Below are positions 21,662 through 30,778 of a stretch of 64,000 nucleotides of DNA, one piece after another (positions within the stretch are counted from its first letter, which is position 1; every line of letters begins with the position of its first letter). The position numbers were made by a program, and so were the translations under genes. The stretch covers positions 194,283 through 258,282 of the forward strand of contig CAOKAC010000001.1 in assembly GCA_948466345.1 (NCBI GenBank). Direction: 5' to 3'. The notes under the pieces were generated by a model, which did not search any database, was not told where the DNA came from, and saw only the letters and a program-made list of their open reading frames with translations. The DNA is from an uncultured Clostridia bacterium. Its GTDB lineage: Bacteria > Bacillota > Clostridia > Oscillospirales > CAG-272.

Positions 21662-22717
21662 TTAGCCTGTAATACCGGACCGCTCAATACCTTGAATAAT
21701 ATATTTTTGTGCAAAAACATAAATCAAAATAAGAGGAAGCAGAATAAGGATACCACAAGTGTTTGTAATCGCAGTGTTGTACATGCCCGCTGCAGCAGAT
21801 GTAATATTGAGGGATGTAGGAATCGCCACAATATCTGGCATCAGCGTAGGGCCTGCAGTGGTATAGAACAAATCTGTATAGAAATTGTCTGTCCATTGCC
21901 AGGAGAAGGCAAACATAAACACCGTGATCATCATAGGAACGGATAGAGGAATGATAATCTGAATGAAAGTACGGAACACACCGGCACCGTCCACATATGC
22001 AGATTCTTCCAATTCATCCGGCACACCCTTGAAGAACTGCCGCATCATAAAAATATACAGCCCGTTCTTAAAGGCCAAAGCAGTTGCGGACATAATCCAC
22101 AGCGGCCAATAGGTGTTGATCAGGTTAAGGGAAGGATTCTCCAATAACCGGAGCCAGTCTACCACGCCTCCGCCAAGCAAGTTTAGGATTCCTAAAATAT
22201 CAAAATATCGGAATTCCATAAACATAGAAAGCTGCAGTGTGGAATGAGGCACAATCATAGTAAAGATTACCAATAGGAACAGCAAATTGTTGAACTTGAA
22301 TTTAAACTTAGCAAATCCATAACCAACCAGACAGCAAACAAATGTCTGAATCAGGGCGCACGAACCGGCAAGAATAAAAGTATTCAACAATGCCGATAGG
22401 TATCCGTTTTCCATTATGATTGCCTTATAAATGTCCAGCGTTGGATATTTGGGAATCAGACGCACCGTTACATCTACAAAGTCCTCGGGACTCATAAAAG
22501 AGGATGCAATCTTAGAGTAAAACGGGAACAAAATTACATAACACACGCCAAGGAGCAGCAGGAATCGAAACAGGTACCAAACAACTCGCTTGAGGAAATA
22601 CAGGGACAGAAACTTTGATCTGAGCCGTTCGAGAAGAGGTGTGCGATCAAACTCGACGCGGATTTTGTTTTTGCTCTCTCTTTTTATTTTGGGAGCATTT
22701 GGGGCTTGATTAATCAT
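21662..22717 (-). CDS. Carbohydrate ABC transporter permease (MalG-like), second pair
   Basis: Track start is GTG 22723; ATG 22717 sits 9 nt from AAAGGAGG. EAA loop ESAYVDGAGVFRTFIQIIIP; about 50-aa basic N-terminal extension before TM1. Confidence 0.85.
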   Translation of the reverse strand: MINQAPNAPKIKRESKNKIRVEFDRTPLLERLRSKFLSLYFLKRVVWYLFRFLLLLGVCYVILFPFYSKIASSFMSPEDFVDVTVRLIPKYPTLDIYKAIIMENGYLSALLNTFILAGSCALIQTFVCCLVGYGFAKFKFKFNNLLFLLVIFTMIVPHSTLQLSMFMEFRYFDILGILNLLGGGVVDWLRLLENPSLNLINTYWPLWIMSATALAFKNGLYIFMMRQFFKGVPDELEESAYVDGAGVFRTFIQIIIPLSVPMMITVFMFAFSWQWTDNFYTDLFYTTAGPTLMPDIVAIPTSLNITSAAAGMYNTAITNTCGILILLPLILIYVFAQKYIIQGIERSGITG

Positions 22718-22735
22718 TTGCACAATCCTCCTTTC

Positions 22736-23725
22736 TTAGTCTTTCCTCTGGTAAAATACAAACAAACTGATAATTCCCGCAACAGCCGCTACAACAAGCA
22801 TTACTAGAAGGAAGTACATCCATGCCATGGCTGAACTGATTACATTGCCGTCACCCGCCGTTTTATACAGCTCGTTTACATAAGCCATGACAGAGTTATT
22901 ACCTGACGTAAATGAGTCGATAACCGTGTATATGGCATTCACCAAAATCATAGGAGAAATGATCGGCAGAGTAATTTTCCAGAAGGTTTCCCAGGACGAA
23001 GCACCCTCGATTTCACAGGACTCGTATATTGCAGGGGAAATTCCCTGCAGGCCCGCCAAGAAAATCAGCATCTGTACACCGGAACGGTTAACAATATCAA
23101 AAATATTGTTAACCAACTTGGTGACATTTGCAGCCAATTCGCTACCTACAATCATATTGTTAAACAAATTCTGCAAATCCGTCGCGGATATAATTTCAGC
23201 AACACTGGATCCCCCAGCGCCTCCCGTATCGATACCACCGGATTCAGAACCCATATAGTCACCCAGCATGTTGCCGGCATCAATATCTGCAATTAGTCCT
23301 GTGGTAAGCAAAACAGGAATAAAGAAAATCGCACGAAACGCTGCACGACCTGCCATTTTCTGGTTAAGCAAAAGGGCAATAAACAGAGAAAATAGAAGAA
23401 TTGCAGGAATCTCTACAATCAAGCCACCAAGACCGGTCCATAATGTTTCCACAAACTTTGCGTCGCTCAGCGCCGCTTGATAGTTTCCAAGACCTACCCA
23501 CACCAGTTCAAAACCGCCTCCGGTGATAATATCGATCTCATGGAAGCTATACTTAATAGAATCAAAAATAATCGGGATATAAATCAGAAGGAAGCCTAGC
23601 AGAAATGGGGCAATAAACAACCATCCGGCTCTTGATTTCTTTGCCTGCAGGCTAGCGCCGCGTTTTCTTTCTTTTACAACGCCAAGCTCCTGCTTGCCGG
23701 TCTTTGTTTTTTTCAAAAAAGCCAT
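22736..23725 (-). CDS. Sugar ABC transporter permease (MalF-like), second pair
   Basis: 329 aa; EAA loop ESCEIEGASSWETFWKITLP; 6 predicted TM; RBS GGAAGGAGG. Confidence 0.85.
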   Translation of the reverse strand: MAFLKKTKTGKQELGVVKERKRGASLQAKKSRAGWLFIAPFLLGFLLIYIPIIFDSIKYSFHEIDIITGGGFELVWVGLGNYQAALSDAKFVETLWTGLGGLIVEIPAILLFSLFIALLLNQKMAGRAAFRAIFFIPVLLTTGLIADIDAGNMLGDYMGSESGGIDTGGAGGSSVAEIISATDLQNLFNNMIVGSELAANVTKLVNNIFDIVNRSGVQMLIFLAGLQGISPAIYESCEIEGASSWETFWKITLPIISPMILVNAIYTVIDSFTSGNNSVMAYVNELYKTAGDGNVISSAMAWMYFLLVMLVVAAVAGIISLFVFYQRKD

Positions 23726-23740
23726 ATTATCCTCCTTCCC

Positions 23741-26704
23741 TTACCCGTCGATTCTGACGAAATTCAGCGCTTCCACTTCGTAAGTTTCTCCGCCGTATTC
23801 TACAGTAACGTCGTATGAATTATAGTTAATGATGAAGTTAGTGCCGTTTTCATATTCCACACGCACTACAGATCCGGTAACTGTTTCATATTTCTGCGTG
23901 TCTGCGCCGGAGGATGAACCGCCGGAAGTACTGCCGCTGCTGGTGCCAGAGTAATTAGGCGCTTGGCCAGTTCTCTGCGCTTCCAATTCTGCACGCAGTC
24001 TAAGCCGTTCTTCTTCAGCAGCTTTTTTCTCTTCGCTTTCCTTATCTACGGAAGAACCACCTTCTGTTTCATCCTTCTCTACACTACGCAAAGCTTCCAT
24101 AAACACGTGGTCTACAATCTGTGTAGTCTGCAAATCCCGCAGCGCCTCATTGACGATATCATAATATTTGATCATATCGTCCTTCCAGACATCATAAGCA
24201 ACCGAGTAAAACTTGTTGTATGTATCTGATTCTTTCAGGGCATTGGTATTTTGATAGCTCAAAACAAAGTAAAGACTTGCGCCATTTTCAATTGCTTTAA
24301 GCAAAGAATACTGTACATCGCCCTCCATGTTCAGCGCTCCACCTGTATAGTTTACATAGCCATGAAGCACCATGGATACAAAAGGAACCGATTCGCTAGC
24401 TCGCAGGAAATTGCTCGACTCTGTGGGAATATCCAAAATATGATTGGCATATGGCAGTACATATGCGTTTCCACCGTCTAACATAACGTCATATTTCTCA
24501 GAAAGTTTCTCCAGCAATTGCGTTGTAAATTTCTTAGAGTCTTCCCGGTTATATGGTTCATCTTCGTCAAAGTCGGAGTTCAAATCCTTTCCAAGTGTAG
24601 AAACAGAAATGGACTCAGGATCGTATTTGCTATAGTCCTTATCAAACTTATTATAGAAGTAATCATAGACAGACGAGGATATTGCCAGCGCAAAATCAGA
24701 TTCAAAGCTCTGCATTGCGGCATCGTATTCTCGTTTGGACATATAACGGTCATCAATAGACTTTACAAGATCTCGTTTTTCCCAGACACCGTCGAACCAA
24801 TCTTCGCTCTTCATATATGCAAAGTCAAAGTCAGGATAAACACCAAAATTGTTTTCCTTGCTGCTGGCCAACAGCTTTTTAAATCCTGATTTACCACCCA
24901 GTTCCTTCACCCAAGAAAGCTTCGAGGGATAGGTATTATCGAGACCGCCGTTATAGCTTCCTGTCAAGCGGAAGTTGATATTGGAAACACCTTCCTCTGA
25001 AAGCTCTTTATAAATTGTTTCTATGTCGTCAAAGGTGGTCAGTGCAGTATCTACCGTTACAGGGAAAGACAGCACACGCTCTGTCGTTTTAATGGAGCCA
25101 AAGGTCTCCAGATAAAGAGGCAAATCCTCCGAAATATTGTCTGCACTCAATGGAGTGATAATTTTGTTATCCTCCAGATAATCTCGATATGCAGCTGCCA
25201 TTCCCACATAGGACGGCTCGTAAAATTCTTCCTTACCTGCCGCAGAGGCTTTAGCCTCATCTGTCAGAAGCACATAGTTGATGGTATAAGATCCAGAATA
25301 CTTCCGGTCTGTAGTTACCGTCCAGGAGGCGTTGCTTCCAACGGAAATAGAATCTGCCAGATTATATGTGTCAGAGGGACGGGGATTAAAGCTTGCATAA
25401 ACATTGTTATAGCTGTGCAATTTACCGCCATGCTCACTCATAAGGTTTGCCATGGAATCTCCTTCAGAGATAATGGCAAGATAGCCTCTCCTATAGGAGT
25501 CCGTCCCATCACTGGACTGTGCAGGATTTGTTGCTGCTTCATCCACACCTGATTTGTCTTCCACTACGCCGAACACAGGCATTCGCATCGTTTCAGAGTG
25601 CTGACCAGAAATCGTATGGTACGCATAATCCGCGCCGTACATCTGTCCAGCAACATTATAGTTTGTACCAAACACATCTTCAAATCGAATCAATGTACCA
25701 GAGCCATCCGGAATAAAGGTATATCCAGTATTCTGAGAACTACCACACCCCATAAAGGGAAGCATGGTGATTGATTTCAAGACAAAGTTGGCCTCATCAA
25801 ATTGAATACCGTTTGCAGGAAGACGAGCTTGTATTCCCGTATCTGTAAAGGTGTACTCAATCGCCATTTTAAAGTTGGCAGGCGCTTTATCTGTATTGGT
25901 ATAGTCGCAATCCGCATGGTCCTGATCCATTTCCTCAAAAGTATAGGTAGGACAGTATGCTTTGATAATGGTCTCCAGATCTTCCAATTCCTTAGATACG
26001 ATCTCGACATCACAAATATATACTGCAAACTGCTTGGTAATCGGGAAAGCTGCTTGGATTTCCTTTACGTTACGCTCTGTCAGACTGACATCAGAGGTAT
26101 CATAAAGGGTGTAGAAAGACAGCAGTTTTTCTTTATATATCCCTTCCGGGATTTTATCCAAAATCATAGACTCAAAACGAGACTTGGAAATCATACGGGG
26201 AACCAGACGGGTTGTCATCAATTCTCCTACCGTATATTCCACACGCAGACCATTTTTAATATTTTTAAAGCTGATCTGTCCACGCAGCGCGGCTTCCTTG
26301 TAGGAATACATGGTTTTTTCCACGCTGTTTTCTTCGTATGTTACTGCAAGCTGAGACAACAAACGCTCCTTTGTAGATGCAGACGCCCAGTTATAGCCAG
26401 CAGAAACATCATACGGATTGGAGAATAAAGTATCGCCTGTTTTGGTATCCACAAATGCAACTTCACCTGTAAATTCTTCTATCCACAGTTGATAATCGCC
26501 CTGTTCCCTAGCAAGCACCATGTCCTTTAGTTTTGCCTCGGGTGAGGTATATGCTTTCGTAATATAGTTAATGACAGGATTTCCCTCTTCATCCACCTTG
26601 TCTTCATATGCTGCGGCAGTATCGATTACAGACGTATATCCTGTTACGGCGACAGCACCAAGCACTGTGATCAGGGACAGGAAGACAGATAATATTCTTT
26701 TCAT
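23741..26704 (-). CDS. Large secreted protein, DUF5696-like (function unknown)
   Basis: 987 aa; N-terminal signal/anchor MKRILSVFLSLITVLGAVAVTGY. Near the C-terminus: charged coiled segment (EEKKAAEEERLRLRAELEAQR), Ser/Gly linker, small terminal beta domain. Family assignment is from memory of similar loci, not searched. Confidence 0.55.
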   Translation of the reverse strand: MKRILSVFLSLITVLGAVAVTGYTSVIDTAAAYEDKVDEEGNPVINYITKAYTSPEAKLKDMVLAREQGDYQLWIEEFTGEVAFVDTKTGDTLFSNPYDVSAGYNWASASTKERLLSQLAVTYEENSVEKTMYSYKEAALRGQISFKNIKNGLRVEYTVGELMTTRLVPRMISKSRFESMILDKIPEGIYKEKLLSFYTLYDTSDVSLTERNVKEIQAAFPITKQFAVYICDVEIVSKELEDLETIIKAYCPTYTFEEMDQDHADCDYTNTDKAPANFKMAIEYTFTDTGIQARLPANGIQFDEANFVLKSITMLPFMGCGSSQNTGYTFIPDGSGTLIRFEDVFGTNYNVAGQMYGADYAYHTISGQHSETMRMPVFGVVEDKSGVDEAATNPAQSSDGTDSYRRGYLAIISEGDSMANLMSEHGGKLHSYNNVYASFNPRPSDTYNLADSISVGSNASWTVTTDRKYSGSYTINYVLLTDEAKASAAGKEEFYEPSYVGMAAAYRDYLEDNKIITPLSADNISEDLPLYLETFGSIKTTERVLSFPVTVDTALTTFDDIETIYKELSEEGVSNINFRLTGSYNGGLDNTYPSKLSWVKELGGKSGFKKLLASSKENNFGVYPDFDFAYMKSEDWFDGVWEKRDLVKSIDDRYMSKREYDAAMQSFESDFALAISSSVYDYFYNKFDKDYSKYDPESISVSTLGKDLNSDFDEDEPYNREDSKKFTTQLLEKLSEKYDVMLDGGNAYVLPYANHILDIPTESSNFLRASESVPFVSMVLHGYVNYTGGALNMEGDVQYSLLKAIENGASLYFVLSYQNTNALKESDTYNKFYSVAYDVWKDDMIKYYDIVNEALRDLQTTQIVDHVFMEALRSVEKDETEGGSSVDKESEEKKAAEEERLRLRAELEAQRTGQAPNYSGTSSGSTSGGSSSGADTQKYETVTGSVVRVEYENGTNFIINYNSYDVTVEYGGETYEVEALNFVRIDG

Positions 26705-26725
26705 TTTCTTAAATTACCTCCTTCC

Positions 26726-28861
26726 CTACATCCTATATTGTAGTTCATCCACAATACTAAAGATGAAGCTAATAATTTTGGTGATCAGCGTTGAGAAGAG
26801 CACCGCAATAAACATAATGAATATCATGCCGACAATCGTTACGGCTGCAATCAGCACGCTCTTTCCAAAGGAATAATCGTGGGTAATCATCATACCGAAG
26901 AATATCAAAATACCCACCCACAAGAACGCAACGGTGTTGATAATAGAAATAAAACTTACTTCTTCTGATACCAATATGTTAGAAAGCAGCGTACTTGGAA
27001 TAAGCAAAAGCGGCAACGGAACAAGTGCGTAGCAGCTTGCTGTAAACACATTGGCAAAGCTGCCTTCCCCGTCAAACAAAGTAGTGAGACACCAGTTTGC
27101 AACCACCCACAAAAGTAGTGGCATAACCACGGAAACTAGCGTCATAAAGATATTAGCTGTATTTGCATCCTGTCCGCCAAAAATATATCCTGTACCCACC
27201 GTCTGATAGAAGAACGCGAGAACCGTTATAACCAAAATTACGAATGCACTGCGTACACTACCTCGTTTTTCGTGTTTCAAATCCCAGAATCCGTCAAAGG
27301 GATGGAAAAGTATATGGAAAGCGTACAGTAGTTCCTCACGGATATTTTTCTGTCCAACCTTCATGGCGGCAAGTCGGTTACGCTTTGCCGCATATCCAAA
27401 GAATTTCACTACCAGGACTGCAATAAAGATTACAACAACTGGAATTAAGATAAAGAATTTGGATATCCAGTCTTTTCGAATTTCTTTGTAAGAATCGGAA
27501 TATCCGCCTCTATCATAGGCCGCTTTATAATAATCCATAGCATCTTCAAAACTGCCTTCACGATACAAAGCCTTTGCAATACCTACGTATGCTACATCAA
27601 AGTTGTTGTTCCGTTTGAGAATCTCTCTCCAGTCACTGATTTCCGCATCGTAGTTGCGTTCGTTTTGGTTCTTCAGTGCGTTGATCAAAATATCACCATA
27701 CTCTGTCCTTCTGTACACAGTAAAGCTCATATTGACCTTATCTAAAAGAAGCATTTTATCGCCCTGGTATACAACTGCTTCAATACTACCAATAGATCCT
27801 AACTGGTTTCCGTTGTCACCAAAAGCAAATAGCAGGTTTCCTTCATCATCATACGTAAACACCTTGGAACGCTTTTCATCAATAATAGACCAGGTTCCCT
27901 GCGGCCCTACGGCAGCATCGATAATTACAGAAGCACCTTTAATTGCACTTGTTTCCGAAGTAGATACTTTTACTTCGCCAGAGGGAGGATAAAATCCATT
28001 TCTTCGCATAATGTCCGTGCCGGACACATTCAACTTTTTAACAGGAGCAAAGGTGCCTGCCTTGCTTTTATTGTTAATCTCCTGCTGCTGCGTATCTGCA
28101 TCTATGGAGGATGTTGTTACATACAGAAAATTGTTCTCGTCAATGGTAATGTTATTATATTCCGTAGAAACAATGGTTTCCTCGTCATTCTTGCCCCATT
28201 TTCTCCAAAAGGCTTGCCACCGTGAAAGCGTTGTTTTCTGTGCGCCGATATACCCATAGAATTCGCCGCTGTCACCCATGACGATAATACCTTCAAACGT
28301 AGTGGAAGATACCACAAACATTCTGCCGTATTCGTCTACTGCTACTGCTACCGGACGATAAATCGCATTTTCTGCTATCAAAGCACTCTGCGGCTTGCCG
28401 ACTGTCTTCACAAAATTTCCATCCCGGTCAAAAATGACAATACGACTGTTTTCTGAATCACAGGCATAAATAAAATCTGCAGTAATAAATACGCCGGATA
28501 CACCGGAAAAAGAGTCAGGAACCCCTTGCTCGTTTACAAAAGAACGGATGGTAAATTTACTTTTATAATATTTATCCAGCACATAAATGGCGTTTTGCTT
28601 TCCATCTACAATATATACATTTCCGTCTTCGTCCACTTCCAGATCGCGGGGATCTTCCAAAATAATGGAATTACCGAAAACGTCTGTCCCCATAAAATCA
28701 GTATCTACAACTTCATCCGGTACATACGCATCTGGTGAATACAATACAAAACCACTGGAGGAATATGTATAAGTCGTATACGGTGTTGCAGCAGATGCAG
28801 TCGCAGGCAGCACACACAGCAATGCCATCAGGACCAGGAGTATTTTTATTGATTTTTTCAT
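26726..28861 (-). CDS. Secreted NHL-type beta-propeller / TPR-like / C-terminal Yip1-family membrane domain protein
   Basis: 711 aa; signal peptide ending ATASA. NHL-like blades: DEDGNVYIVDGKQNAIYVLD, ACDSENSRIVIFDRDGNF, VDEYGRMFVV, DDEGNLLFAFGD. TPR-like AKALYREGSFEDAMDYYKAAY. One TM (aa about 467-489), then about 5 TM with a Yip1-like FHPFDGFWDLK entry. Confidence 0.65.
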   Translation of the reverse strand: MKKSIKILLVLMALLCVLPATASAATPYTTYTYSSSGFVLYSPDAYVPDEVVDTDFMGTDVFGNSIILEDPRDLEVDEDGNVYIVDGKQNAIYVLDKYYKSKFTIRSFVNEQGVPDSFSGVSGVFITADFIYACDSENSRIVIFDRDGNFVKTVGKPQSALIAENAIYRPVAVAVDEYGRMFVVSSTTFEGIIVMGDSGEFYGYIGAQKTTLSRWQAFWRKWGKNDEETIVSTEYNNITIDENNFLYVTTSSIDADTQQQEINNKSKAGTFAPVKKLNVSGTDIMRRNGFYPPSGEVKVSTSETSAIKGASVIIDAAVGPQGTWSIIDEKRSKVFTYDDEGNLLFAFGDNGNQLGSIGSIEAVVYQGDKMLLLDKVNMSFTVYRRTEYGDILINALKNQNERNYDAEISDWREILKRNNNFDVAYVGIAKALYREGSFEDAMDYYKAAYDRGGYSDSYKEIRKDWISKFFILIPVVVIFIAVLVVKFFGYAAKRNRLAAMKVGQKNIREELLYAFHILFHPFDGFWDLKHEKRGSVRSAFVILVITVLAFFYQTVGTGYIFGGQDANTANIFMTLVSVVMPLLLWVVANWCLTTLFDGEGSFANVFTASCYALVPLPLLLIPSTLLSNILVSEEVSFISIINTVAFLWVGILIFFGMMITHDYSFGKSVLIAAVTIVGMIFIMFIAVLFSTLITKIISFIFSIVDELQYRM

Positions 28862-28871
28862 AAATACCTCC

Positions 28872-29744
28872 TTAGTCTTTCATACCGCTCGAACCCATTG
28901 TCTCAATGATTCTGCTTTGTGAAACTACAAATACCACGATGGGCACAATCATCATAACAACAGTTGCGGCGGCTGACGCGCCGGAACGAACGATACCTTC
29001 GAGCAATACCTGGTTGATTGTGAAGTTCAGCGTTTTTAGCTGTTCACTATATATATATATATTTTGTCCAGTGTTCCAAAGTCCCTGGAAGGAGTAGATA
29101 ATCAATGTCAGCCACGCTGGTTTTACCATAGGCATGGCAATAGACCAAAATGTTCTGAATTCTCCCGCGCCGTCCAGCCGTGCACTTTCCAAAATTTCCG
29201 TAGACACGTTGGAATCAATAAATTGCTTCATTAAATAGAGGCCAAGCGGCGTCGCAAGAGCCGGAACAATAATAGCCCAATATGAATCCAACATTCCCAG
29301 CTTTGAAATAATAACGAAAATCATAAGCTGTGCTACTTCCGAGTTAATCATCAAGGATTTCTGAATCACTTGGAAGGTAAATTTGTGTCCGGGGAATGGG
29401 AGCTTAGACAGTGCATATGCACACATGGAAGAAAGAATCAAGTTCCCAAAGGTTCCACACACAGTAATAAATACCGTATTGAAGAGATACCGGGAAAATG
29501 GTACCCATGAGGTGTTAAGCAGATTAAATAAATCGGAAAAGTTTTCAAAAGACGGATTCGTAACATACATTCTGGGAGGAAAGTAAAACAATTCGTCCAA
29601 AGGCTTCAAAGACTGAATAATCAGATAGTACATAGGGAAAAACATGACCACGCCCAACAGGAGCATGAAAATAGTAACGCCAAAATCCCCGCCAATGGAC
29701 CGGCTGAGCACCACCCGATGCTTTCTTGTTCTTAATTTTTTCAT
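28872..29744 (-). CDS. Carbohydrate ABC transporter permease (MalG-like), first pair
   Basis: 290 aa; EAA loop ESARLDGAGEFRTFWSIAMP; start overlaps the upstream stop (TGATG, 1-nt overlap). Confidence 0.88.
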   Translation of the reverse strand: MKKLRTRKHRVVLSRSIGGDFGVTIFMLLLGVVMFFPMYYLIIQSLKPLDELFYFPPRMYVTNPSFENFSDLFNLLNTSWVPFSRYLFNTVFITVCGTFGNLILSSMCAYALSKLPFPGHKFTFQVIQKSLMINSEVAQLMIFVIISKLGMLDSYWAIIVPALATPLGLYLMKQFIDSNVSTEILESARLDGAGEFRTFWSIAMPMVKPAWLTLIIYSFQGLWNTGQNIYIYSEQLKTLNFTINQVLLEGIVRSGASAAATVVMMIVPIVVFVVSQSRIIETMGSSGMKD

Positions 29745-30688
29745 CAGCTTTTACCCACCTTTGAAAGCATCTTCTGTACCAGCATGTTTGATCCGATCAT
29801 CAGGAAGAAAAGTACCATGGAAATCGCACATGCATATCCGAATTCCCACCGAGTGGTACCATACTCAGCCAAATGGTGGGAAAGCGTGTATCCCACATAG
29901 TCTGTAGGAATACCCCCGCACAAGGTTGTCACAATCGCACCAAATCCAAAGGAGTTGGTGATCGACATTATAGCACCGAACAAAAGCTGCGGTTTCATGC
30001 TTGGTAGCGTGATATACCAAAGTTCCTGCCACCGGTTTGTAATCCCGTCCACAGCGCCCGCTTCCAATTGGCTGCGGTCCAGTCCCTGGAAACCTGCGAT
30101 AAAGGAAAGAAACGCGGTGCCCAATGACATCCACAGAGCAATAAAAATAACGGTTGGCATAATCATTTTTACATCTTGGAAAAATAAAATCGGAGTGTCA
30201 ATAATACCCCAGTTCATCAGCCATCCGTTCAAAAGACCGTAGGAGTCACCGGAAAAGATGTAGTTGAATACCACATAGATACCGCCGCAGAGAGAAGGCG
30301 CATAAAAGATTAATGTTACAAACGCACGCACCTTCGGCGACAGCTCGTTGATAAACCATGCTACTATAAAGGACAGAATATAAGACCCAGGCCCTACTGT
30401 GATAGCGAAAATCATAGTATTTTTCACTGCCGTGATAAATAAATCATCGTTAATAAACAAGTTGATGTAGTTATCAAGGCCTACCCAGTTCGGCATCTGG
30501 AGCAGGTTGAAGTCTGTAAAGCTTACAAGTATACCGGAAAAAACCGGGATAACCGTTATCAAAGTAAACAACAGTACATACGGCGCAATCATCACATAGC
30601 CGATTTTATACTGTTTCATAAGATGCCAAGTCCATTGGAGCCTTGTTTTGTCTCCATGCGCTATGACTTCTTTTTCTTTCTTAGCCAT
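29744..30688 (-). CDS. Sugar ABC transporter permease (MalF-like), first pair
   Basis: 314 aa; EAA loop EAGAVDGITNRWQELWYITLP; 6 predicted TM. Confidence 0.88.
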   Translation of the reverse strand: MAKKEKEVIAHGDKTRLQWTWHLMKQYKIGYVMIAPYVLLFTLITVIPVFSGILVSFTDFNLLQMPNWVGLDNYINLFINDDLFITAVKNTMIFAITVGPGSYILSFIVAWFINELSPKVRAFVTLIFYAPSLCGGIYVVFNYIFSGDSYGLLNGWLMNWGIIDTPILFFQDVKMIMPTVIFIALWMSLGTAFLSFIAGFQGLDRSQLEAGAVDGITNRWQELWYITLPSMKPQLLFGAIMSITNSFGFGAIVTTLCGGIPTDYVGYTLSHHLAEYGTTRWEFGYACAISMVLFFLMIGSNMLVQKMLSKVGKS

Positions 30689-30713
30689 GTTGCTTCTCCT
30701 AATTTAGATTTGT

Positions 30714-30751
30714 GCGGCCCCCGACCGGCCGCCAACGGACAGGCCGGGTCC
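30714..30751 (-). promoter_or_regulatory. GC-rich intercistronic stem-loop(s) between the SBP and the first permease gene
   Basis: GCGGCC-(loop)-GGCCGC core in GCGGCCCCCGACCGGCCGC plus adjacent GGAC..GTCC; no U-run follows, so it is not a full terminator. Confidence 0.4.
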
Positions 30752-30778
30752 ATTTGTATACTGGATATTCATTATGGT

